Positions 8,988 to 17,976 of a DNA stretch of 64,000 nucleotides are shown in pieces. Numbering within the stretch: position 1 is the stretch's first letter; the number at the start of each line of letters is the position of its first letter. A program made the position numbers and the translations under genes. This DNA is from Candidatus Marinacidobacterium sp. (GTDB lineage Bacteria > Acidobacteriota > Vicinamibacteria > Marinacidobacterales > Marinacidobacteraceae): the NCBI GenBank assembly GCA_965262645.1, contig CBDHFO010000017.1:1016582-1080581 (forward strand), given 5' to 3'. Below the pieces are notes generated by a model. That model was given only the letters and a program-made list of their open reading frames with translations. It had not been told where the DNA came from and searched no databases.

Positions 8988-10220
8988 TCACGCCCACAGC
9001 GTGCCGATGGGAGCGGCCACGATCCGCTCGGCGAGCGGGTAGCTGTGGGGCCCGGTGTGCAACACCACCCCACCGAGGAACCGGTCTCCGAGTTCGTCCC
9101 GCAGCCAACGCAGGTGGCGCGCATCGCCCGGACCCGGGGCCGCTCTCGCCTTGATCTCGAATCCGACCACCCGACCCGCGCCAATTTCCGCAACGATGTC
9201 GACCTCGCGCCGGCCCTGTTCCTGCCGCAGGTGGTAGAGCAGCGGCTCGCTGACCGCGACGGCTGCCTCCGCGCGCAACTGCGCGGCGACCAGCGTATCC
9301 AGCATCCGACCCAGCAGGTCCCCGTCCGCCAGCACGGCATCGAGATTCGCGCGCGCCACTGCGGCGAGCAGTCCGGAGTCAGCCAGGTATCGCTTCGGCG
9401 CGCCGGTCAGGCGTTTCAACCGGTTCGACGCCCAGGCGGGAACTGCATCGACCACCCCGAGCGTTTCGAGAAAGCGCCAGTAGGCGATTCCGGTGCGCTT
9501 GTTGATTCCCGCAGCCTCGTGCAGCGTCCGTTCGGTAGCGATCCCGGCGGAGTTGAGGGCAACGGCACTGAGAAACCTCCGTAGGCGCGCCGGATCCCGA
9601 CCGTTCGCCGCCCCGGCCGGATCCCGGGTCACGAGGTGATCTGCGTAGCTGCGGTACCACCGCCGGGACGCTTCGGCCGAACGAGCGAACGCCGGTTCGG
9701 GGAACCCTCCCGCCAGCGCGAGTTCGAGATACCCGCGGAGGTCGGGAACATCATCCGGCGGGCGAAGTGGCTCGCCGGCAACGATCCGGTCCACGAGCGG
9801 TCGAGGAGAGCGCCCCAGGCGCTCCGCCACCGTCAAGGGGTGCATCTCCACCCGGATCACCCGCCCGACGCCCGGCCAGCTTTGGGCGTCCCCCTCGGCC
9901 CGGACGGAGCCAGTCAGCAAGAAGCGTCCCGGACGTGGGTCGGAGTCCACCAGGCGCTTCACCGCACCGAGCACCTCCGGGACCGCCTGCCACTCGTCGA
10001 GCAGTACCGGTTCCGGCCGGTCGCGGAGCGCCGCGTCGGGGTCGGCCCGGAATGCGAAAGCTTCTGCCTCCCGATCGAGTCGAACGACCGTCGCCGCATG
10101 CCGCATCGCGGTGGTGGTCTTGCCGGTGGCACGCGCGCCAGTGACCATCACCGCCGGATGGTCGGCAAGCAACCCGGGGAGAATCCGATCCAGAAAACGC
10201 GGACGATAGGCATCCATCAC
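8988..10220 (-). CDS. ATP-binding protein, AAA_14 + DUF4143-type architecture
   Basis: 410 aa. Walker A GARATGKTT near the N-terminus, LLDEWQ Walker-B-like motif, long C-terminal domain as in DUF4143 ATPases. Confidence 0.8.
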   Translation of the reverse strand: MMDAYRPRFLDRILPGLLADHPAVMVTGARATGKTTTAMRHAATVVRLDREAEAFAFRADPDAALRDRPEPVLLDEWQAVPEVLGAVKRLVDSDPRPGRFLLTGSVRAEGDAQSWPGVGRVIRVEMHPLTVAERLGRSPRPLVDRIVAGEPLRPPDDVPDLRGYLELALAGGFPEPAFARSAEASRRWYRSYADHLVTRDPAGAANGRDPARLRRFLSAVALNSAGIATERTLHEAAGINKRTGIAYWRFLETLGVVDAVPAWASNRLKRLTGAPKRYLADSGLLAAVARANLDAVLADGDLLGRMLDTLVAAQLRAEAAVAVSEPLLYHLRQEQGRREVDIVAEIGAGRVVGFEIKARAAPGPGDARHLRWLRDELGDRFLGGVVLHTGPHSYPLAERIVAAPIGTLWA

Positions 10221-10494
10221 GAATGATAATACCCAATATCCGCACGCTTGACTACCTTTTTACCGCATCGTTCATTACCCCTTTCCCGCGCACCATCCAG
10301 CAGCGCGTACCACCCGGGCCCGGGAGCCACCGGTGACCGGACGCCGATGGAAATCCGGGCTGGTCGTCCCCAAGCAGCGGCGCAGCGCGAAGTGCGCGTC
10401 GGAAGGCGATGTCGCGTCGGGCGTCAGCGGCCACTTGCGATGATCGCGTAGCCACGCGTCACCTCGGCGCTCACGCCAGGCTATCCAGAGGCTG

Positions 10495-11136
10495 CTAGCG
10501 CTCGGGACGAGTCTCGGGTTCGGGATCTTCCGCGGGCGGGGTTTCCGGCACCGGAGCAATGCCATAGATCGGCTCATCCTCGATGGGCTCGAGGTACTTC
10601 TCGACACCCGGCGGTCCGAGCCGGCGAAGCGCGATGGTCGTTCCCTGCGAAATCCACGAGGACGCGCCGACGCGGACGAACATTTCGATCTCGACGTCTT
10701 CCCAGAGCTCGTTCTCGAACATGCGCTCGGGGGGGCCCTGCGAGAGGTAGTTGGAATCCGCGCGCAGGGTGTGTTCTACGGTCGATTCTCCCGGCGCGAG
10801 GGGTCCTTCGGAGACCGTGTGCAGGTATCCCGTACCCCAAGCCTCTTCCGGCGACGACTCGCGACGGAAGACCGACATCACCTGGACGTACTCGACCGGT
10901 TCCGGACTCGTGTTCTGCACCCGGAAACGCACCGCCGGCCGGATGTAGTTGTTGCCCTCGGAATCCCGGCCGCGAACGGCCCAATAGGCGACGAGTTCGG
11001 GCAGTTCCATCCTCGCCGCGGTCTCGTTGTCCTCGGTGTTGACGCACCCCGGAGCCCCGATCGAGGCGGTGAGGGCGAGGGGCAATCCGACCGCAAGGCC
11101 AACACGGGACGAGAGAAACAAGCGGCGAAGACTCAT
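10495..11136 (-). CDS. Hypothetical lipoprotein
   Basis: Internal ATG at 11134-11136 gives MSLRRLFLSSRVGLAVGLPLALTASIGAPGC (signal peptide plus lipobox). The upstream part of the track ORF (to 11334) overlaps the divergent ABC gene start and looks non-coding. Confidence 0.6.
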   Translation of the reverse strand: MSLRRLFLSSRVGLAVGLPLALTASIGAPGCVNTEDNETAARMELPELVAYWAVRGRDSEGNNYIRPAVRFRVQNTSPEPVEYVQVMSVFRRESSPEEAWGTGYLHTVSEGPLAPGESTVEHTLRADSNYLSQGPPERMFENELWEDVEIEMFVRVGASSWISQGTTIALRRLGPPGVEKYLEPIEDEPIYGIAPVPETPPAEDPEPETRPER

Positions 11137-11282
11137 GGAAACGTGGAACCTGAAGCGCCGACAGCCCGTATAGGAAGCGCCGACAGCCAGTATAAACTGC
11201 CGGGCCGGCCGCAACCTGCTGACTCGGGAGCGGGAGACGGCCAGGACTGAACGCCATCGAGACACCTCCCCTCGAAACAGCC

Positions 11283-12326
11283 GTGGAACCCCTCGTCCTG
11301 GTGGACCGCGTCTCCAAGCGTTACGGGAGGACACTGGCGGTAGCGGATCTCAGCTTCGGCGTCGCGAAGGGAGAGGTCCTCGGATTCCTGGGGCCGAACG
11401 GCGCCGGGAAGACGACCACCATGCGGGTCATCACCGGGTTCATGCCGCCCACCGAAGGACGGGTGCTGGTCGCCGGTCTGGACATCTCGGAGGCGCCACT
11501 CGACGTCAAGCGGCGCATCGGATATTTGCCCGAGAATCCACCGCTCTACCCCGAGATGGAGGTCGCCGGCTTCCTGGAATTCGCGGCGCGGCTCCGGGGA
11601 GTCCCGAGAAGCGGGATTCAGAAAGCGGTAACTCGCGCGATCGAGCGCTGCGCCCTCGGGGAGGCCCGGGAGAGCATCATCGGGAAGCTGAGCCGCGGAT
11701 ACCGCCAACGGGTGGGGCTCGCGCAGGCGCTCGTCCACGAACCCGAACTGCTGGTCCTTGACGAGCCGACCGCCGGCCTCGACCCGAAGCAGATCCACGA
11801 GACGCGCGAACTCATCCGCGCCCTGGCGGGTGACCGCACCGTCGTGCTCTCGACGCACATCCTCCCGGAAGTGGCGGTCACCTGCGACCGGGTGGTCATC
11901 ATCGCCGGTGGACGGCTGCGCGCCGAAGACACTCCCGAGGGACTGGTGGCGCGGTTGGGCGCCGCGCAGCACGGCCGCGGAAGCTGGGAAATCGAGACGT
12001 CGGCCCCGGCAGAAACGGCGGTTGCCGCTCTCCGCTCGGTTCCCGGCGTAGCCCGGGTGGAGGCCGGTCCCGAGACCGCGGAACGGACCTCGATCCTGCA
12101 GGTGGAAGCGGCCGGCGACCGCGGCGTTTCGACCGAGCTGGCGCGGGTAGTTCTCGAAGCCGGCGCTCCGCTCTACGGCCTTCGCCGGAGCGGCGCGAGC
12201 CTCGAGGACGTCTTCCTGGCGCTCACCACCGAGGAGATGGAAGCGGACGGCCCCGGCGCGGACGAACCGGGCGCCGATGCCTCGGACCGGACGGGCGGCG
12301 CGGAACCGCCGGGAAACAACTCGTGA
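11283..12326 (+). CDS. ABC transporter ATP-binding protein (GldA-like, ABC-2 type)
   Basis: GTG start. Walker A GPNGAGKTT, signature LSRGYRQR, Walker B LLVLDEPTAGLD. Confidence 0.9.
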   Translation: MEPLVLVDRVSKRYGRTLAVADLSFGVAKGEVLGFLGPNGAGKTTTMRVITGFMPPTEGRVLVAGLDISEAPLDVKRRIGYLPENPPLYPEMEVAGFLEFAARLRGVPRSGIQKAVTRAIERCALGEARESIIGKLSRGYRQRVGLAQALVHEPELLVLDEPTAGLDPKQIHETRELIRALAGDRTVVLSTHILPEVAVTCDRVVIIAGGRLRAEDTPEGLVARLGAAQHGRGSWEIETSAPAETAVAALRSVPGVARVEAGPETAERTSILQVEAAGDRGVSTELARVVLEAGAPLYGLRRSGASLEDVFLALTTEEMEADGPGADEPGADASDRTGGAEPPGNNS

Positions 12327-13093
12327 GGAACGCGCTGACCATCGCCCGGCGCGAGATCGGCGCCGCCCTCGCGTCGCCGGTGGCCTACGTCCTCTTCGGA
12401 GCGTTCGCATTCCTCTACGGGTACTTCTTCGCCGACTACCTCCAAAGCTTCGTGGAGGCCGGCATGCGAATGAGCCAGATGGGCGGCTTCAGCGGCGGCA
12501 CCCTGAACGTGAACACCGACCTGATCCGCTGGCTCATGGCGAGCACCGCCATCCTGGCGCTGTTCCTGATGCCCCTGCTCTCGATGCGCACGGTGTCCGA
12601 GGAGATCCGGTCGGGGACCATGGAGCTACTGCTGACGGCGCCGATCACCGATGGGCAGATCGTTCTCGGCAAGTTCCTCGCCGCCTTCACCCTCTACGGC
12701 GGGATGCTGGCGCTGACCGGGCTCCACCTGGGCGTCCTGTTCTGGTTTTCCCAGCCGGAGGTTGTGCCGGTCCTCGCCGCCTACCTCGGCCTGGCGTTGA
12801 TGGGAGCCGGACTCCTCGCGTTGGGCCTCTTCTTCTCGAGCCTGACCCGGAACCAGATCGTGGCGGGACTCCTGACCTTCGGATCGCTGCTCGTCCTCTG
12901 GCTGCTGGAGTTCGCGGGAGCGCGCGGGGGAGACCTGGGACGCGTCCTTGCCTACCTCTCGGTGACCGGACACCTCGAGGGATTCGCGCGCGGGGTGATC
13001 ACGACCCGCGATCTCGTGTTCTACCTGTCCTTCGCCGGATTCTGGCTGTACCTCGCCCGGGAGTCGGTGCGCTCCCGCAGGTGGCGCGGATGA
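12323..13093 (+). CDS. ABC-2 type transporter permease (GldF-like)
   Basis: 256 aa, six hydrophobic segments. Start overlaps the ATPase stop by 4 nt. Confidence 0.85.
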   Translation: MRNALTIARREIGAALASPVAYVLFGAFAFLYGYFFADYLQSFVEAGMRMSQMGGFSGGTLNVNTDLIRWLMASTAILALFLMPLLSMRTVSEEIRSGTMELLLTAPITDGQIVLGKFLAAFTLYGGMLALTGLHLGVLFWFSQPEVVPVLAAYLGLALMGAGLLALGLFFSSLTRNQIVAGLLTFGSLLVLWLLEFAGARGGDLGRVLAYLSVTGHLEGFARGVITTRDLVFYLSFAGFWLYLARESVRSRRWRG

Positions 13094-14694
13094 GCGCCGG
13101 GTTCGCCCGTCTCCGCGCGGCTCTGGGCCGCCGGAGCGCCCGGGAGGGGGCCAACCTCGGCGTGACGACCCTGCTCCTCCTCGCCGCCCTGATCGGGGTC
13201 AACTACGTGGCGAACCGGCGTAACGCGACGTGGGACACCACCACCGGCGGCCAGTTCAGCCTCTCCCCACAGACGATCCGCATTCTCGAAGAGCTCGACC
13301 GCGACGTACGTCTCGTCGTGCTGGATCAGCCCCGCGCCGCCGGACGCACCATCGAACTCTTCGAACGCTACGCCGACCGAAGCGACCGGATCGAATGGGA
13401 AGTCATCGATCAGGAAGCGCAGCCCGCGCGGGCTCGCGCCTACCAGGCCACCGCCGAGGCCGGGATTCCCTTCGGCGCGGTGGTGGTGGAAGCCGGACAG
13501 CGGCAGGAACGGGTCGCGGCGCCCCAGGAGCAGGACATCACGAACGCCATCGTGAAGCTCCTCAAGGGTGAGACCAAGAAGATCTACTTCACGACCGGGC
13601 ATCAGGAGCGCTCGCTCGCCGAGACGGGCGCGGGCGGCCTCTCCGCAATCGGGTCACGACTCGAAGAGTCGAACTACGAAGTTGCCGAGTTGGCGCTGCT
13701 CGAGCGGGTCGAAGGGGGGGAAGTCCGAATCCCCGAAGATGCGGCCGCGGTGGTGGTCGCGGGCCCCCGGCTCGATCTGCTGGAAGCCGAAGCCGCGGCG
13801 CTGGCCGCCCACGTCCGCGGGGGTGGGAAGGCCATGCTGCTGCTCGACCCGCCGGATCCACCGGGAACCCCGGATGAGCGGCTTGAACTCACCGGACTGG
13901 CCCAGGAATTCGGGGCGGCGCCCGCGGGGGACGTGGTGATCGACGCGAGCGGAGTGGGTCAACTCTTCGGCTTCGGGGTGGAGGTTCCCCTCGCCGCGTC
14001 CTACGGGTTCCATCCGATCACCCGCGGTTTCGTGAACGCGGCCACCGTCTTCCCCCTCGCACAGAGCCTGATCGCAACCCCGCCCGCTGAACTTCCCGCC
14101 GGGATGCGTCTTTCGGAACTCGTCCTGAGCTCCGACGCCAGTTGGGGCGAGCGGGACGCGGACGAACTGGAGACCGGCGAGGTGAACGCCGGGGAAGACG
14201 ACCGGGCCGGACCCCTGAGGCTCGCCTACGCGGTCCACGTGGAAACCGGCAATGACGAAGAAGCAGAGGGTGGAATTGGGGAATCTGCGCCCACGGATTC
14301 TCCGGCGGCCGGGCAATCCGATCCTGGGCAATCCGATCCTGGGCAATCCGGTCCCGGGCAATCCGGTCCCGGGCAATCCGGTCCCGCGGAAGCCGGGGAA
14401 TCGGAAGGGGAGTCTCCTGAATCCCCGGAGGGGCGCCTGGTGATCGTCGGGGATTCCGACTTCATCGGGAACAACCTGGCTCTCGCCCCGCTCGGAAATG
14501 CCGATCTCTTCCTCAACATGGTCAACTGGCTCACCGAAGACGAGGATCTGATCGCGATCCGCCCCCGCTCCGCCGAGGATCGGCGGATCACCATGACCTC
14601 CGCCCAAGTGCGGAACGTCGTCCTCCTGAGCCTGGTGTTCCTGCCCGGGTTCTTCCTCATCTGGGGCGTCACGGTCTGGTGGTCGCGCCGGTGA
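13090..14694 (+). CDS. GldG-like ABC-transporter auxiliary protein
   Basis: ATG 13090 overlaps the permease stop (ATGA). N-terminal TM, central GldG-type domain, C-terminal TM (VVLLSLVFLPGFFLIWGVTVWW). The track ORF start at 12277 is an out-of-frame overlap artefact. Confidence 0.8.
   Translation: MSAGFARLRAALGRRSAREGANLGVTTLLLLAALIGVNYVANRRNATWDTTTGGQFSLSPQTIRILEELDRDVRLVVLDQPRAAGRTIELFERYADRSDRIEWEVIDQEAQPARARAYQATAEAGIPFGAVVVEAGQRQERVAAPQEQDITNAIVKLLKGETKKIYFTTGHQERSLAETGAGGLSAIGSRLEESNYEVAELALLERVEGGEVRIPEDAAAVVVAGPRLDLLEAEAAALAAHVRGGGKAMLLLDPPDPPGTPDERLELTGLAQEFGAAPAGDVVIDASGVGQLFGFGVEVPLAASYGFHPITRGFVNAATVFPLAQSLIATPPAELPAGMRLSELVLSSDASWGERDADELETGEVNAGEDDRAGPLRLAYAVHVETGNDEEAEGGIGESAPTDSPAAGQSDPGQSDPGQSGPGQSGPGQSGPAEAGESEGESPESPEGRLVIVGDSDFIGNNLALAPLGNADLFLNMVNWLTEDEDLIAIRPRSAEDRRITMTSAQVRNVVLLSLVFLPGFFLIWGVTVWWSRR
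14311..14385 (+). repeat. In-frame 15-bp tandem repeat x5 inside the gldG-like gene, encoding (GQSDP)2(GQSGP)3
   Basis: GGGCAATCCGATCCT x2, then GGGCAATCCGGTCCC x3, contiguous. Confidence 0.95.
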
Positions 14695-14699
14695 CACCA

Positions 14700-14750
14700 G
14701 GAGCGCCGGCCTTCAGGCCGGCATCGCCGCCGCAGGCGGCGGAAACTCCC
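14700..14750 (+). repeat. REP-like double-hairpin element, copy a
   Basis: GGAGCGCCGGCCTTCAGGCCGGCATCGCCGCCGCAGGCGGCGGAAACTCCC, between the gldG-like stop and the DUF4340-like start. Confidence 0.8.
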
Positions 14751-14781
14751 TGCCGCCCTTCGCGGCGATAGCGCCGGCGGG

Positions 14782-16185
14782 ATGCGCAGGACAACGCTCC
14801 TCGCCTTGTTGGCCGCCATGGCGGTTGCCGGCTGGATCGCGCTCTTCGAGCGGGACGAGAACGCCTCGGACGACGGCCAGCCGGTATTCGGTCTGGACGA
14901 GGCTGAAATCCTCGCCGTCGAGATAGAACGTCGGGGCGAACCCACCGTCCGCCTGACCCGGGTTGACGAAGGCTTCGTCGTCGCCGCGGGCGAAGGCCCC
15001 GAATCGTTCGCGGACTCGGGCGAGGTTGACTTCCTGCTGCAAAACGTCGGGTCACTGCGCTTCGAGCGGGAACTCGAAGGGATCCGGGAAGAGGACTTCT
15101 CCAAGTTCGGCCTCGCTCCACCCGGACTCGCGATCCGGGTGTTCCCAGCAGGAGATGCGCCGGACGCCCAACCGCTCACCGCCGGTTTCGGCGATGAGAC
15201 TCCGGCATCCGGAAACCGCTATCTCCGTCTCGGCGACCGGGTCCTCGTGACCTCCGCCTTTGCCCGGGACAACTTCGACAAGAGCGCCTGGGACCTCCGG
15301 GACAAACGGGTGTTCCCGTTGGAAGCTCCGGCGGCGCGACGCCTCCGGCTCACCACCGGCGCTGGACAGGCAGTCGAAGTGGCGCGGGAAGAGGGCCGCT
15401 GGACCATCGTCCGTCCCTACCGGCTGGCGGCGGACCCCTACGAGGCGTCGCAGTTCGCAATACGGCTGCTGGACGCCGAGATGGCGGGCCTGGCGCCCGG
15501 CGCCGCGGAGGAACCTGGAGACTCCTTCGGACTCGGCGCGCCCCGCTTGCGCGCCGAGTTGAGCCTGGCGGTCGGGCCGCAGGAAGAAGAGATATCCCGG
15601 ACCATCCTCTTCGGAGGGGAGAGCCGCACCCCGCCCGGAGTCTTCGCCCGGGTGGAATCGGACCCGTTGGTCTTCGTGGTCGGCAAGCCGCTCTTCGACG
15701 CGCTCCGGGAAGGCGCCGAGACCGAACTGGCAAACCTGCGGTCCCTGGATCTCTTCCGGTTCGCCGGCTTCCAGGCCGTGACGTTGCTGGTCCGGGGCCC
15801 CGACGGGGAGGCGGTCTTCCAGCGCCGCGAGGGAGAGGAAGGCCGGGAATGGACGATGGAGGCCGACGCCTCACTGCCGCTCGTCGTCGATACGGTGGCC
15901 GTTGAGGATCTGCTCTACAAGCTGAACTCCACCGAGGCGGACGACCTGGGTGCGGAGCAGCTCCCCGGCGACGGCGCCGCCTGGACGCTCGCGGTTACCG
16001 AAGCGGGGGGGGACTCCGAAGCGAGCGAACCGGAGACGGAGACCGTCCATCTCAGAGTCTCCGCATCCGGCGAGGTGCAGGCGCTCCGGGCCGGAGACGA
16101 GAGGACGCTCGTGCTCTCGGGAGAAGCCTGGAAGGAGATCACCGATCTGTTGACCGCTGCCCGAGAACCCCCGGAAGAATCCTGA
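14782..16185 (+). CDS. DUF4340-like protein (usual partner of GldG-type ABC clusters)
   Basis: 467 aa, N-terminal TM anchor, acidic repeat-rich body. The position after the GldG-like gene matches the common ABC-2/GldG/DUF4340 arrangement. Confidence 0.7.
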   Translation: MRRTTLLALLAAMAVAGWIALFERDENASDDGQPVFGLDEAEILAVEIERRGEPTVRLTRVDEGFVVAAGEGPESFADSGEVDFLLQNVGSLRFERELEGIREEDFSKFGLAPPGLAIRVFPAGDAPDAQPLTAGFGDETPASGNRYLRLGDRVLVTSAFARDNFDKSAWDLRDKRVFPLEAPAARRLRLTTGAGQAVEVAREEGRWTIVRPYRLAADPYEASQFAIRLLDAEMAGLAPGAAEEPGDSFGLGAPRLRAELSLAVGPQEEEISRTILFGGESRTPPGVFARVESDPLVFVVGKPLFDALREGAETELANLRSLDLFRFAGFQAVTLLVRGPDGEAVFQRREGEEGREWTMEADASLPLVVDTVAVEDLLYKLNSTEADDLGAEQLPGDGAAWTLAVTEAGGDSEASEPETETVHLRVSASGEVQALRAGDERTLVLSGEAWKEITDLLTAAREPPEES

Positions 16186-17723
16186 GCATCACCGGGCGTG
16201 GCCCGGGAGAGCAGATCTCGCAGGGCGGGGTCGTCAGGAGCCTGTTCAAGGGCCGAACGAATCACCACCACCGCCTCATCGGTCCGGCCGGTGCGCAGCA
16301 GCAACTCGGCAAGGCCCAGGGAGGCGGAGGTGTGGGCCGGGTCGGCTGCCAGCGACGCGCGGTAGCGAGTCTCGGCTTCGGCAGGACGCGCGAGCATCTC
16401 CAATACCAGCGCGCTGTCGGCGAGCGGTCCGGCGCGGGCGGGGCCCGCGGTGCGGTCGAGTACCTGACCAAAGAGCATCAACGCCCGGGCCGGATCGCCC
16501 TTCATCGCGAAGGCGGTGGCGGCGGCGGCGCGAATCCCGGGCGAGATCCCGTCACCGCCCGCCTCCAGAACACGGTCGAAGAGCGCCGCCGCCGCGGCCG
16601 GATCGCCACCCCGCAGCCTCACGTCGGCCAGCCAACGAGCGGCGCTCAGGGAGGCACCCTCGAGCGGTTCGCCGGGCGCCGGGACCAGGGGCGCGAGGAC
16701 CTCGGCGGCGGCCGCGAGCTTGCCCGATTGCAGATGCGCCCGCGCCATGCCGATGTCGAAGGCCGGATCCCCCGGGTAGCGAGCCGAAGCCGCCCGCCCG
16801 ATGCGGACTGCCTCCACGACATCGCCCCTGTCGAGCAGCAATCCCACCAGTTCTACCCAGCCGTCCCGACTTGAGGTCACGAGCCCGGGGACGCGGTCCG
16901 TCGGGGATCCGCTGATGACCGTATGCTCGTTTAGCTTGGTGAGCAGCAGGTCCCGACGGCGAGCCCGCAACCGACTCTCCTCGTGACCGGAGAGAAGCCG
17001 CCGGCCCTCGGCGACCAGAGCGGGATCGGGATCCTGGACGAGCAACTGGCCGAGTCGGAAACGGGCCAGGGAATCGTCACGCGATTCGGAGACGGCTCTC
17101 CGAAGCCAGGCAATGGCCTCCTCGCGCCGTCCGAGGAGTGCAAGGCAGCGGCCGAACTCGTACGCGGCTCCCACCGGTGGCTCTTCGACAGAGGCAGCAG
17201 ACGCCAAGAGAGGCAGGGCGCCCGGGTAGTCGTCTTCGGCGAGCCGGAGCCTCCCATGTTCGAGCGTCAGGGCGGGCGAATCCGCAGCAGTCGGAGTGCC
17301 CAGCACCCGGCGAGACTCGGGGACGAGACCCGACTTGCGGAGCTGCCCCGCCAGTTCCAATCGGGGCCGGTCGGGAGGGCGCCGATCAAGGGCCAACAGT
17401 TCGGCCAGGACCTCGCGCGCCTCGTCGTCGCGGCTCAACATGGCGAGGAGCCGAATGCGAAGCGCCAGGTTTTCTGGCTCACGACCGGCACGCTCGAGCA
17501 CAGCGACCGCTGTCGGATAGTCGAGCAGTCCGACGTACGCCTCGGCCCGGAGCCGAAGCAACTCCGGATGGGCTCCGTTCGGGCCAGCCGCGTCCAGCAC
17601 GTCCAGCACCGAGGCGAATTCCTGTTGTTCCAGGAGACTGCGGGCCTGGGCCAAGACCCGCGCATCCGGCTGGACGGTACCGGACACCGCCAGGAACAGG
17701 ACGGCGAGCGCAAGGGCCATCAT
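15915..17723 (-). CDS. Tetratricopeptide-repeat protein with signal peptide
   Basis: 602 aa. N-terminal MMALALAVLFLAVSG, then many A/L/R-rich TPR-like helices. The last ~90 codons are antisense to the DUF4340-like gene 3' end. Confidence 0.75.
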   Translation of the reverse strand: MMALALAVLFLAVSGTVQPDARVLAQARSLLEQQEFASVLDVLDAAGPNGAHPELLRLRAEAYVGLLDYPTAVAVLERAGREPENLALRIRLLAMLSRDDEAREVLAELLALDRRPPDRPRLELAGQLRKSGLVPESRRVLGTPTAADSPALTLEHGRLRLAEDDYPGALPLLASAASVEEPPVGAAYEFGRCLALLGRREEAIAWLRRAVSESRDDSLARFRLGQLLVQDPDPALVAEGRRLLSGHEESRLRARRRDLLLTKLNEHTVISGSPTDRVPGLVTSSRDGWVELVGLLLDRGDVVEAVRIGRAASARYPGDPAFDIGMARAHLQSGKLAAAAEVLAPLVPAPGEPLEGASLSAARWLADVRLRGGDPAAAAALFDRVLEAGGDGISPGIRAAAATAFAMKGDPARALMLFGQVLDRTAGPARAGPLADSALVLEMLARPAEAETRYRASLAADPAHTSASLGLAELLLRTGRTDEAVVVIRSALEQAPDDPALRDLLSRATPGDAQDSSGGSRAAVNRSVISFQASPESTSVLSSPARSACTSPDAETLRWTVSVSGSLASESPPASVTASVQAAPSPGSCSAPRSSASVEFSL

Positions 17724-17745
17724 GGTTGCCGATCCACTACCTTAG

Positions 17746-17960
17746 CAGCCTGTCGACAAAGTCACGCGGCGTTCGACCGGCGATGCATCCCGGCTGAACC
17801 GCGCCGCTTCGCGTCGCTCTGCGTTGCGTTTCGGTCGAAATACACTCGGGCCAGTTCTCCCGGTGGGGGCTCCTCCCTCACGCGCCTTGTCAGCCGGGCC
17901 CCCACCGGGAGAACTGGGCCTTACCGGTCTCGGCGCACACGTCACTTTATCCACAGGCTG
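17746..17960. mobile_element. MITE-like element, copy 1 (215 bp)
   Basis: Terminal inverted repeats CAGCCTGTCGACAAAGTCACGCG / (reverse complement) CAGCCTGTGGATAAAGTGACGTG, 19/23 identical. Internal 20-bp perfect inverted repeat CCAGTTCTCCCGGTGGGGGC (17851-17870 / 17898-17917). A ~140-bp core is nearly identical to copy 2. Confidence 0.7.
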
Positions 17961-17976
17961 TCAACAGCCTGCTGAA

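Noticed and set aside
8988-10220. The AAA_14/DUF4143 ATPase as a novel defence or mobile-element gene.
   Set aside because: It is a widespread stand-alone family with no partner gene, terminal repeats or recombinase here. It is kept as a plain feature. The only oddities are the flanking low-complexity repeat (reported separately) and a lower-G+C promoter region at 10221-10290.
12277-14694. An 805-aa ORF suggesting a fused permease-GldG protein.
   Set aside because: The first ~270 codons are an alternative frame of the ABC-2 permease gene with junk-like sequence. ATG 13090, overlapping the permease stop, gives a normal GldG-like N-terminal TM anchor.
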